A stretch of 64,000 bases of DNA from Lama glama (lineage: Eukaryota). The position numbers and the translations under genes are program-made. The notes under the pieces are model-generated. The model had not been told where the DNA came from, made no database searches, and saw only the letters and a list, made by a program, of their open reading frames with translations. This document shows, one piece after another, positions 38,001-49,983 of this stretch (its first letter is position 1; each line of letters starts with the position of its first letter). The stretch is from NCBI GenBank assembly GCA_028534125.1, contig CM052816.1:70868001-70932000 (forward strand), read 5' to 3'.

Positions 38001-39855
38001 AAAAGTTTGGCTGCTTTTGTAAAACAATGTGGATTTAAAAAATCTACGTTTATTAATCAAATTGTTTGCTAGAATAAAATAGCACATTTCTTTGTTTTAC
38101 CTTATTCAACTTTAGTTAATTATATTTCCCTTTCTTGGAGATTATAGTTTAGAAATGCCTGAGGTCTTATTACAATCTTTTCTATAAAGCACCCTCTCTA
38201 CCTGCAACCAAATAGAGCAAAGCCCTAGAAATTTAGTCAAGCAAGGAATTAAAATGCAGTAGAATGAATAAATAAAATTAGATCTATTTGTAAACCCTCT
38301 ACTTGTTATAAGCTGTATTATATATTATTTCATTTTTTTCCACATGCATTACTACATAGCTAAAGCATACAGGGATCTGACTCTGGATTAGGTCCTAAAG
38401 AGTCAGGGTAGAAATTTAGGAAACATGAAATAAGTCTCTATGGAGTTAATATTATTGCACAAGTTGTTATATTTTGACACGCAGGGAAAAAAGAGATAAG
38501 TTATGGAAGAGCAGAAAAGAACTACTTTTTTTGTCTCATGAATATTATAATTAAAAAGACCAGAATAATTTGAATCCTGGATATGCAATAATGTGAGGTT
38601 ATAATTAACCAAAAAAGTGTCATTATAGTCAAAGAGTCTTGTGGTGGCTGGAAAAGGAAAAATAAGGAAAAGTGTCATGATGGGTATTGAACATTAAATA
38701 TAGAGATTTGAAGTGAGAAGTTGACTTGCTTCTCAATGTGACTTTTGAAATGAGGAAAGCTCTGTATTGGGCAATGAGAGCATAATATATTGGACAGTGA
38801 TTAACCTCTGAATATGCATAATTTGATACTGTCATACTTTTGTCATGTTACATGTCTTATGACAAAACACATATGAATATGTGCCTGTATAACAACGATA
38901 AAGCTGTGTCCATTAAAAAAAAAGCATTCCAATCTGGACATATAATAAGTCTTTTACTAATTTCTTTAGAAGTAAAATGAATCATTTTCAGTAGTAGTAA
39001 TTTGATGAGAAAAATATCCTTTTAATTTCAAAGGTATATTTAATCATGGAGTAGTATTTTCCTCTTTTCCTTTGCTGAGGCACTGAATCTCTTGATTTGT
39101 ACTACCCATCAGCCCTTTAAGGTCCACTTTGTTTCTATTCAGTTTTTCCACAACCACTCAGTCCTGTGTTTCCATGCCCCGTGATTCCCCAGTGTCTTTG
39201 TCACTACAGTATTTACCTTGCTGCTCACACAGCTGTAGATATGCCACTTCATCTACTCTAGGGTGCTTCAGAACACTGAGAAATGGGGGATTAAGATGAC
39301 TTTTTGAAACATAAATTTATGGTTTTTGGTTTCAATTAGGCTGTCTATTTGAAGTGAATATTAACTTTGCCTATAATTGCCTCCCAAACATATTCTCCAG
39401 AAAACCTTTTCCAAACTCTTTTCTACTTCTTTCAAAAAAAAAAAAACCAGATCAAACAATATCAACAAAACTTACTCTTCATAGTTGACCATTTTTTTTA
39501 TTGAAAAGCCATCCAATATGAACTTGTTTAATTTCCATTCTCTCCTCTTAAAATTCTGCCTTGATTTCATTTGATCCCAGTGTCTTCCAGCTTCCTCCTC
39601 AGTGCCAAGGGTTCATGGTAGGTTAGAAAGTGTTTTCCCAGATAATTTTTCTCTCAAATAAAAGATTTACTTGCACCTTGATTAAACAGCTGCATACATA
39701 TTTGGGCTTAAAAATATATAACATGAAATGATACTCTGTGTTTTTTTTTTGTGTTCAAAAGAATACGCTTAAGGCTATATATTGTGAGTTCATAGCAAAA
39801 GACCGAAAACAATCAAATGTTCGTATATAGGGCACTACTTGTGCAAACTGAGGTA

Positions 39856-40065
39856 GATCCGTAACATAAAATATGTGCAAGTGTAAAAAGAAACACTGAT
39901 ATGGAATGATCCATAACATAAAGTATGTTCAAGTGTAAAAAGAAACACTGATATGGAATGATCCATAACATAAAATATGTGCAACTGTAAAAAGAAACAC
40001 TGATATGGAATGATCCATAACATAAAATATGTGCAACTGTAAAAAGAAACACTGATACGGAATGA
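39856..40065. repeat. 52-bp minisatellite, 4 copies
   Basis: Unit gatccataacataaaatatgtgcaactgtaaaaagaaacactgatatggaat starts at 39856, 39908, 39960 and 40012, with a few substitutions. Confidence 0.97.
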
Positions 40066-40129
40066 AGATGAATGTTAGATGAAAAAAGTGAAGACTTAAA
40101 GTGTATGACTAAGGAAGGAGAGAAATATT

Positions 40130-40640
40130 TAAAAACATATGTATTTGCTTTCATTTTCAAAGTAAAACAATGAAAGAATATGTTAAAATGTAATAAAAAT
40201 TGTTGCTTATAGGAAGGAGTGAGGGATACGGGGTAGGGAAGATAGGATGGAATAAAGACCTTTGTGTATGTACCCTTTTTTCCTTTGGAATCTTTTATGT
40301 TTTATATAATTTTATATAAAGACAAAAAATAAAAGCAGTCTTTAAAAACTGAAAGCCAACTGAAGTAAATGAACTTAATTGTATATCAAGTTGTCAAAAC
40401 CACACAGTAAAAGGATTACTTCAAACTATTTTAAACGTTCAGTATGTGATCTTTATATTCTAGTGAGCTATAAGGAAAAACAGAGCCAAAACCAAAATTA
40501 AAAAAAAAAATCCTTTCTTAAACTTCATTTAGGTACTTTTATTGTTCGTATGCTGTTTAAAATTATCAGAGGTAAAATATAGAATAAATACAATATTAAT
40601 TATGTTAATGTGATTAGAAACAAGTATTTTCAGTATAAAA
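40130..40640 (+). mobile_element. Old L1 (L1MC/ME-like) 3' UTR fragment
   Basis: A-rich with gggtagggaagataggatgg...aatgaacttaattgtatatcaagtt...aattatgttaatgtgattagaaacaag. Confidence 0.5.
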
Positions 40641-41014
40641 TAATAGAAACATTATAATCATTCTTTCTTTCTGTGTTACAATTTATTATTAGTCTTTTGT
40701 CTAGTGTTGAAATAACTAATAATAAACTTAATTCTTCTAAGTTGGTTTGCATTTACTTAGAAATAAGCTGTATATAGACACGTATAGTTAAAATATAATT
40801 ATACATGTATAATATACACATTTTATACTTTTTTGTAAAAAATGTAAGTTTTTTAGTTCAATCTGCCAAAAGTTCTGAAAGTCCTGAGAAGGATATAAGT
40901 AAGTAGATTAAATTAAAAATCCAAGTGAATTTTAGAAAGACTTTGATGAAAGTATATCCATACTATTATTAATCTATAGAATTTTCCTGCATTTAAAAAC
41001 TTAAGAATACTGTC

Positions 41015-41510
41015 TAGCCATAAGAAATAATAAAATTTTGCCATCAGTGATAACATGAGTGGAACTTGAGGGCATTATTCTAAGTGAATAAGTTAGGTGG
41101 AGAAAGACAAGACAAATACCATATGATCTCACTTATATGTGGAATTGGAAAACAAAAATGTAGATACAGAGAATATATTGGTGGTTTCCAGAGGCAGAGA
41201 GTGGAGGATTGGTGAAATGGTTGAAGGGAGTCAAAAGGTACAAATTTCTAGTTAAAAATAGGGAAGTCATGGAGATGTAATATACAACCTGGCGACTGTA
41301 GTTAGTAATACTATACTGCATATTTGAAAGTTGCTAAGAGAGTAAACCTTAGAAGTTCTCATCACAAGAAAAATATTGTAACTATGTATGATGACAGATG
41401 TTAACTAGGCTTACTATGGTGATCATTTTGCCATATATACAGATACTGAACAATAATGTTGTGCATCTGAAACTAATATAATGTTGTATGTCAGTTATAC
41501 CTCAAAAGAA
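41015..41510 (+). mobile_element. L1 3' end (L1MA9-like)
   Basis: gaacttgagggcattattctaagtgaaataag...gaaagttgctaagagagtaaacctt...tgtcagttatacctcaa. Confidence 0.9.
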
Positions 41511-41961
41511 ACTTAGTCATGTATTCTTAAAATCAAAATTAACTTTGGGTGAACTTCCTGTTTTGCTGCATTTTGGAGGATCACTCCTTCTGACTCATTG
41601 ATTTCAAGTTGCAGGTGGTATGTATTGCTGAGTGCTTTCTACCCAGTCTTATGTGAGTTAACGTCCTCTAATTCACCATACAGACTTTTGGTATCATGTG
41701 TTAGAAAGTGGACCAGAAGTGTATTTACATTTAGAGTTTATGTTTAGAATTTGGAATTAACTACAAAAAGAATCTGGGCAAAGCTTCAACTTGCTTATCG
41801 CTCCAACACCCAAGACAAGGCAAGCTCAATATCCAAGGAATGGATGTTGAGTAAAGAAACACTGATTAACAACAACATTTTAAAAGGTTTTTATTGTTAT
41901 TTACTTTACTTGGTAATTATCAAGTACAGTAATTAATCAGGTGCCAAAAGAAATTCTAAGT

Positions 41962-42290
41962 CAGTGCTGTCTAATGTGAATATTATGCAAACTACAAGTG
42001 AAAGGCACATATGTAATTTTAAATCTTCTTGAAGCCACATTTAAAAAAAAAGTGGAAGGCAATACATAAAATTAATTTTAACAATGTGTTTTATGTAGCC
42101 TACTATATACAGAATATTATCATTTCTATGTGTGTTCCATATACAATATTAAGATATTTTACATTCTTTTTTTTTTAAATACTAAATCTTCACTCAGTGT
42201 GTGTTTTATACTTCTGGCACTCTCAATTCAGACTAGTTGCATTTCAAGTACTCAACAGCCACATACACAGTGGCTATTACACAACACAAG
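41962..42290. mobile_element. MER33-like hAT element
   Basis: cagtgctgtctaat...cacatatgtaattttaaat...catttcaagtactcaacagccacat...gtggcta. Confidence 0.75.
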
Positions 42291-45200
42291 TCTAAAATAT
42301 AAATCTGATTATAGTAAAACATAGTGGAACTCTGATGTAACCAAAGCAATACAAGTGTTTACATAAATATAGTGAAAAAAATCCAAGTATTCTTTATTTT
42401 TCAGATTGGTTAAATTGACTGTTTGGGTAGTTACAAAAGCATTAAGAAATCAGATTCTCTTTCCTCTGTTTGTCACAATTGATTATTTATTACAGTCATT
42501 GGTCTGAATTAATGTAAAATGAGTAATGATAAACTTCCTTTGATTCTTATAAAATTGCTTGCATTTATTTAGAGTTAAGAACCCTGTAAAATATTTAAAA
42601 TGAAGGTATTTCTATGAAATCCATGGAAAAGAGAGAAGAAAGCTGACTTGACTTGAAATGAGGCTTCTAAATCCTTAAGTGGCTAGCTTAAATTCACATG
42701 CTGAGAAGACGCATAGTGGGACTTAGCATAACCCCGGCTAGCATGTCCTGAGTGGTCGGTTATCTGGTGCCATTGAACGCCTACAGCATTCTGCAAGATG
42801 GGTACAACTGCCATCCTCTTTTTGCCGAGGAGGACACTTAGTGATTAAGAATTTGCGCAAAGCCATACAGGCAAAGTATAGCTTCTGGAGCTTGGGTCCT
42901 AACCATAATGACACGATTTCACCTTAAAATTAGGTTGTATGAAATAATTTGGGGCTTAAACCTGAAGTTCTCATTCAAGTCTGTCACTCTATACCAGTAC
43001 TCATCAATACAAACCCAAAATTCCGTTGTGTTTGGATGATATGGAGAACATCTTGTCTATAAATTACTATTTGAAATATTAAAAATACCCCTTCTTTGAT
43101 TTTGTGACTTTGCCCTGGTGGTGCAGTTAAGCAAATTGGGTGTAACTTATTTGAGAATGGACATACCTTCACAATTTAGTTGGGATCCTGATTATTATTT
43201 TTCTGTTCACTTCAGTGTAGATTTTCTTCCCCTTGCTTTTTATCAGCCCAAATATTCTAATTGCTGTGCTAATTTTTGGCTAACTGCATTCCTGGTCAGG
43301 GTAAAGTGCTGAACTTCTGAGGTGTGGAAGCATTTGTCCTGGAGCTACCACCATGAAAATCAAACCGTAAGCTAGCTGCATATATATAGAAGCATGGGGA
43401 AAAAGCAGACTCCTCCTAGGATGCAGTAGAACAGACAGAAACAGCTAACACTAACTCCTATAATAAGGTTTTCTTACATGGAACATTCTTACCTTCCCTC
43501 ACTGTCTAGGTTTAAAAAAAAAAACTTTTTCACTGATACATAGCCTGGAAAATAATCTAGAAAGAGTATCTAATATCAATCGCCAACTCTTGAGACTATT
43601 TCTGTTGTCTGAACTCCTCCTCCTCCTGTGGTGATCTTGCCTCCATGATTGTGGGAGAATTCTTTCTCACCAGCATCATAGAAGTGGACTGCTTTTCTCT
43701 TTTGGTTTGTGAGTTGTTGACTTCTTTGAAGGTTTCCGAGTTGTTTCTCAGCGTTGAACAGATGAAGGAAATGACATCAGCAGGCCATTTGTCAAGCCTG
43801 CCTGGTACAGCCGGAGGCATCACATCTTCTCAAACTCCCCTCCCCTCACTGAGCGGGGAGGACTTGGCTGTCACCAGGAGGTCCCTCTCCCAGGTGCTGG
43901 AGCATACAGCTAAGAACTGGTGTTTCAGGAACTAATGCCTTTCTCTGAGTCCCTGCCTGTGTTATGAGAGAATGTATAACCTGACCTCCATGTCCGTTCC
44001 CAGCTCACACAGCTTCCTACTCTGCAGATTAGTGGTGCCTGAGATCACTGGGTTCTCTCAGCCTGTACTCTTCCAGCTCTGCCCCGTCTTCCTAGCATCC
44101 TAAAAGAGCATGTTCCCTTAGGACCTGTCTCCAGTCACATGCGAGCCTGTGCAACACCCAGCACATGAGAGCCACAGATGCTGACATGTTAACAGATTTC
44201 CTATCTTTTGTTGTTATGAATGTGAATGAATCAAAGAACAATGATATAGTAATGTGTAATCTGTTAACTTTTGGAATATATTGTAGTTCATAAATTCTCT
44301 GAAGAGAATGTCGAGAAGAGAGATGACTTTGAGGTCAGAATAGTTGAGGAAGGCACTCCTTCTGTCTACAAGCCCCCTTCTCTGACAGGCACAGCAGCCT
44401 GACACACCCTGGCAGACTGAGGACTACTGGGTAGACTCCTGCTCCTCAGCATTCCAGTGACTAATTCCATGTCTCTGCTGTTTTCCAGCTATCAGTAGAA
44501 GTGTTTCACTCAACCATAGTACTTATTACTTAAGCAGTAAATGATACCTTTTCAGTTCTAAGTTTTATAATTTATCCTACTTGTCATAATCCATATTTAC
44601 AGATTATTTAAACAACAATCAGCCGTGAGTTCTTCAGAATATGAGCTTTTATTCTGCCTTTTAAAATAAATAGATGTGTACGTAGTCATTTGCACAAATG
44701 CCACCCGTTCCCCTCTGCTGCCATTTCTGTGACAGCAGCACGCAGGACTGTTCTTTAAGTGATTATATTCTGATGGGAAAACAGCCAAACCAAAACTGTC
44801 AGCTATTTCATATACTTTCTAAAGCTATTTAGAAATACAAATTAACATTTAATGTGAAGATCTGTAAATATGGGTGAGTGATGTGCTATAAATGTGCATT
44901 TTATTTTCTTAGCTTCTCTAAGCTTCTGGCAAAATAGACTGAAATTTGCCTGCTGAGTCTTTTTTTAAGGTGGGTTATGTGGTTTTATGACATTGATATG
45001 TGGATTGAATCATAGTAAACTGAAACGTCTAGTAATTAAAATCAGCAAAGAAAAAGGGCCTAAAAGAAGCATGATGACACACCTCCCATTTTTATTATCT
45101 GTTTGAAGAGTTATACTTTAAGTTCTTTCTTGACTAATGAATTCAGAGATTTTCCACTAAAAAAACAAAACAGCCAGCTCGTTACTCAGGGTCTTATAGG

Positions 45201-46059
45201 TCTCATAGCTCAGCTTCTGATACACTAATGTTAACTAGAGAGTGCCTTGCTTTTGTTCTTTTTGGATGTGGGAGAGGCAAATTTCTGACAGAGACAAGTT
45301 TCAGTGTTCTATTTATTTGTCATTTTGGCCTTTCAATGGGTGTAATTTATAAATAGCAAATCATTAATATGCTGAGTAGTTTAAAGAGCTTTTAAAACCA
45401 CTTGAGAATGGTATAAGGAGGCTGTTCTTGTTTTCTTGCTGTGAAAAAGAAATGAGGGGAAAATATTAGTCACTGGCATGTTGCAAGAGGCATCATGCAC
45501 TTTTTATGTTCTCTTTGAACGGGTGGGTGGTTCCATTGCAAAGAGGAGTGGAAACTGTCATTCCTAGGTCAAATAATGAAGCACAACCTGTGTGTTTTTC
45601 ATAAAAGTTAATGCCTTCAGATAGGGAGGCATAACTAGCATTTAATGAGCCCTACAATTTACAAGTGCTTGCCCTTACGTTGCTAGCATTGTAGTGGTAT
45701 ATTCAGGTGTGTATTTCTACTGGCAAAATCAATTATATCTTTGATATAGTGATAGATGATGAAACTGTGTGTTGATTATGAAGAAGAAGCTGTTCTTTTC
45801 TGTAGTGAAAATTATAGGTGTAACCCAGGGACACCATTAGAAGCGACTTTGTCTCCCTCTAGAGAATAATTGTGGCTTCTTGGGAACTTACATTACTTTA
45901 TAGAATATGATTCTTGATCTGGTGGTGACAGAAAGTTCTCTAAGTTTCTTAGCTATCTGATTTTGGAATGGAAAGAAACCCATGATACGTATGAGAACAC
46001 CTCTAAGCTCGGGATGTTATACTAAATTTTGTTAATTTTACCTCCTATTTCTTTCGTGT

Positions 46060-46950
46060 GTGTGTTTCCACTGCACTACCTTAGTCTAATTTAGCAATGC
46101 TTCACTTAACTGGACTTCCCAGATTCAACTAACCCCATTCCAATCCATTCTTCAATATATACTAGAGTGGATTCATAATGCATATCTGGTCACACCACCC
46201 TCCATTCCCCCATCCTCCACCCCTTGACCAAAGATCTTCAATGTTTTTTTTTATTGCCCTTGGGACCAAGATCAAAACATCACAGTTCTTACATGTCCTG
46301 ATACTGATTTGACTCAGGTCTTCAGTCCTATGTTTCATACACATGTCCTTTACCTATCCCAGGCACACTGGGCTTCTTTTAGTTCTTTTTAGGGAATCAA
46401 TACACCCCATTCCCTCTTCCTGAAACACTTTTCCTTTTACTCTTTGTCTACTTATTTCCCTTTTTTTTTTTTTGCAAAACCAAAATTCTCTCAACAGTTC
46501 TTAGAGGTAATTTTATTTATTACTTTGCTTTCATTTGGATTTTATTATTATATATGTATATTTATTGAAGTACAGTCAGTTTACAATGTTATGTCAATTT
46601 CTGGTGTACAGCATAATGCTTCAGTCATACGTGAACATAGTTATTTCCTTTTAATCATTGTTTATCTCAAACAGGACCTCCTCTGGCTGGTTGTCCCTCA
46701 CTCCCAGTTGAAGCTAGGTTCTTCCCTTAAATGTCCTCATTCATCAAAGCACATATCTGAGTATGTCATTTTTTGTTTAGTCTTGTAACTATTTGATTCA
46801 TGTTCATCTACCCCACTGGTATTCTCGAACATAGTTCCATGGTGAAGAAACCATGTCTGTATGCCATTTTCTTCCTTGCATCCAGCACACCATGCTTTGT
46901 ACAATAGTAGGGACTTAGTAAATATTTGTTGAATGAGTGAATAAATGACT
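46060..46950 (+). mobile_element. L2 3' fragment, interrupted by a short L1 end
   Basis: Ends cagcacaccatgctttgtacaatagtagggacttagtaaatatttgttgaatgagtgaataaatga. Confidence 0.75.
46540..46640 (-). mobile_element. Very short camelid-type L1 3' end
   Basis: tttattgaagtacagtcagtttacaatgttatgtcaatttctggtgtacagcataatgcttcagtc is close to the reverse complement of 37900-37970. Confidence 0.9.
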
Positions 46951-48869
46951 CTGAATATCTAAATAAGTGCCTGAACCAAGGGAGCCATCTCTAGGAAGAA
47001 GGTAGCTAGACAAGAGAGAGATTTTGGTGTAGTTTTGGAATAAGTTGTGCCATGACACTTATCCTGAGATTTGGAGGAGACACTAAGCAGTTTGGTGAAG
47101 AATTCAACAGATACTGTGCCAAGAGCTGTCCCCAGCATCCATGCAGAAGGAATGATACTGAGTTTTCTAGAGACCAAGGGATGAGCATTTGCTTGAGAGA
47201 AGACCACTAAGGGAATCTTTGAGCATCTGTGTCTTTGGAAAGGGCCTTGCTTGTTCGAGATAGATGGGTGAAAATCTGAAGCTGAACAACTGCCCTGGTA
47301 GAGAGAGACTAGAAGAGAGGGGTAGTATGCTGAGAGCATTTGCCAGAACGGAACAGAGGGACAGAAGTGTGTGTGTGTGTATGTGTCCAGAGGTGTCTCT
47401 GAAGAGACAGGAATGGGGCAGAATCTTGTTAAACTAGCCGGAGGAACTAAGGAGGGAGTCCCTTCCCTAATTGCTCTAGATGCCGTAGACTAAAGCTGCT
47501 TTGCCATTTGGAAATGAGGAAAAATGGAGGCTGTGGGGGGATTATACAAATAATAAGCTCTCACTAGGCACTGAGTAGTGTAGGAAATCAGTATTCTTTG
47601 AACTCCCAGAACCTAGAATCAGTCAGAGCCCTTGAACTGAGAGGAGTCCTTGGATACACAGCACTAGACCAAGAGTTAGGCAAGCGGGAAGAACTACATT
47701 AATAACAAATAGCTATTTGCAAGGCAGAAGATGCTGGCACAGATTACAGATGGTTAAGGCCTACCATACATTCGTCTCTTCCTTCTAGCACCCCTTAAGG
47801 ATCATGCTGCAGAGCTATTATTTTCTAGATCTCAGTACCAAAATTCACATAGAAGAGTTCCATGAGCTAAACAGACCTATTGTTTCAGTTTTTTCCAGTT
47901 CATTTGCATCTTTAAATACTCTCTAAGGGATTTAGCAAGATAATAACCAACCCAAGAATAAAACTGAGTGGCATTGTCCTCTGTAGTCAGTGAGAATTTT
48001 TGTTTGTTGGTTTGTTGTGATTCAGAGACATCTGGAGTTTCAATTATGTTTTGGTTAGTCAGCTCACTTAATAGAGAAAATGGTTTGCTTTATGCTACCT
48101 CACAGTATATTATAGTTTATTAGAGAAAATTTAAATGTGACTTTCCTTCCATCTAGCTCTGAGAAGTTATGCTCTAATGTTCCTTTATTTAGAGAGGAAG
48201 GTGCAACTTGCCTGTACACTTTCAAATCTTCCTAAAAGTGAGAAGCTATGTTAATAGTTATGTTAATAATACTTTAATACACCAAAGAGAGCTCCAAACA
48301 GTGTATCTACAAAGTAAGTCTTCAGGGTTGGTGAGGGAGAGACAGAAGCCATTATGTGCAAAGCCTTGTCATTTTTTATCTGATTTAATTCTTTAACAAA
48401 CATGGTGTTGTTATAGATATCTCCGTTTTTAGATACAAGTAAATAATGCTCAGATATGTTAAATCATTTGTCGATCGATACACAGATTATAAATGATAAA
48501 ACTGAAATTCGAACCTATTCATTTTTTTTTTTTTTTGGTTTTCAAGCCAAGAATAGGGTCAGAGAACTTGTGATAACAAAATGAAGGCTCCAAAAGAGTA
48601 GGGTCTCCTTTGTTTATTCATCTTAAAATTCCCATAATATGTCTGCTTGTAAAAAGCCTTACGTTACCTGGGAGGCAGTCCTGGGATTAAAGATAACATA
48701 TCTGAGGCCGTGGAGACAGTGAAAGAAGATAGATTGTGACCAGCATAGGAGTAAAACCAAGTGACCAGTGGAAATTCATCTCCTGAGGGAAAGTGATGCA
48801 TGAAAATTTCTGGGCATGTAAATAGAAGCCCCTCAGTCCCAATGAAAAAAATAAAAGCTGCGTTTTGAA

Positions 48870-49590
48870 CTTTGGAATATGTCTATTAGATGTCATTATG
48901 ACAGTTGGATGTATTACTAGGCCATTGAATATTCTAGATTAGCATTCAGGGAGAGGGCTAGTCTAGACAAACACATTTAGGAATTGCTGGCATATACATA
49001 GGTGTTTAAAATCATGGGACTAGATAAGATAACCTAAGAAAAGTCTGTACTTAGAAAAGGAGAGCCAGAAATAAGCCTTGAAGAAGACCTTGAAAAGAAG
49101 GCTGAGAGAAATTTGTGAATGTTCAAAAGGAAAAACAGGAAAAGGTAGTGTCATAGATCTCGAAAACTGACATACCACAAGGTCAAAAAGGAGAATGTGG
49201 ACAAATATGTTAAATGCAGCAGGAAGTTCAATAAGATGCAGGCAAATACAAACTTGTGGTTGCCAAGGGGGTGGAGGGTGGGAAGGAATAGACGGGATTT
49301 TAAAATTGTAGAATAAACAAGATTATACTGTAAAGCACAGGGAAATATACACCAGATCTTATGGTAGCTCACAGAGAAAAAAATTTGATAATGAATATAT
49401 ATATGTTCATGTATAACTGAAAAATTGTGTTCTACACTGTAATTTGACACAACATTGTAAAATGATTATAAATCAATAAAAAATGTTAAAAAAAAAGATG
49501 CAGGCAGAGAAGGGTACCTGAGGTTTATCAACATGAATGCCAGTGATGGTCTTAGAAAGGACTGTTTTGTTGTGCTCATGAGAACTGATG
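48870..49590 (-). mobile_element. L2 fragment, interrupted by an L1
   Basis: ttcagggagagggctagtctaga...ggtgtttaaaatcatgggactagataagataaccta...gaaaaggtagtgtcataga. Confidence 0.65.
49245..49494 (+). mobile_element. Young camelid L1 3' end with perfect TSD
   Basis: gttcatgtataactgaaaaattgtgttctacactg...caataaaaaatgttaaaaaaaaa. A 12-bp TSD aagatgcaggca lies at 49233-49244 and 49495-49506. Confidence 0.93.
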
Positions 49591-49599
49591 CTAGAATCA

Positions 49600-49983
49600 A
49601 GTAAGTAGCTTGGGATGCTATAACATAATACTATAGACGGGGTAGCTTTAAAAAAAGAACAAACCCAGAGACTGGGAATCTGGGAAGGTGCCTGTGATTC
49701 AATATTTGGTAAAGCCTCTATTCCTGGCTTGCAGACAGCTGCCTTCACTCTGTGTCTTCATGTGACCTTTCCTCAGTGGGTGTACAGAGGGAGGGAATGA
49801 GGAGAGAGGGGAGAGAGAGAGAGAGAGATAGATCTTGTCCTCTTCTTATACGGCCGCTAAGCCCATGATGAGGACCAAATCCCACCCTAATCTCCCCAAA
49901 TCCCCATCTCCAAATAACATCACGTTGGACATCAGTGCTTCAGTGTATGCATTTTTGAGGGCACACAAACATTCAGTCCATAA
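49600..49983 (-). mobile_element. MaLR LTR (MLT1A/B-like) with internal GA run
   Basis: ttcctggcttgcagacagctgccttcactctgtgtcttcatgtgacctttcctc...cacaaacattcagtccataa. Confidence 0.8.

Noticed and set aside
39856..40065. CRISPR-like array
   Set aside because: The units are contiguous with no unique spacers, there are no cas genes, and the context is mammalian. It is a minisatellite, and ORFs 39813..40160 and 39835..40023 are by-products.
46959..47339. 126-aa minus-strand ORF
   Set aside because: It has no recognisable similarity or splice structure.
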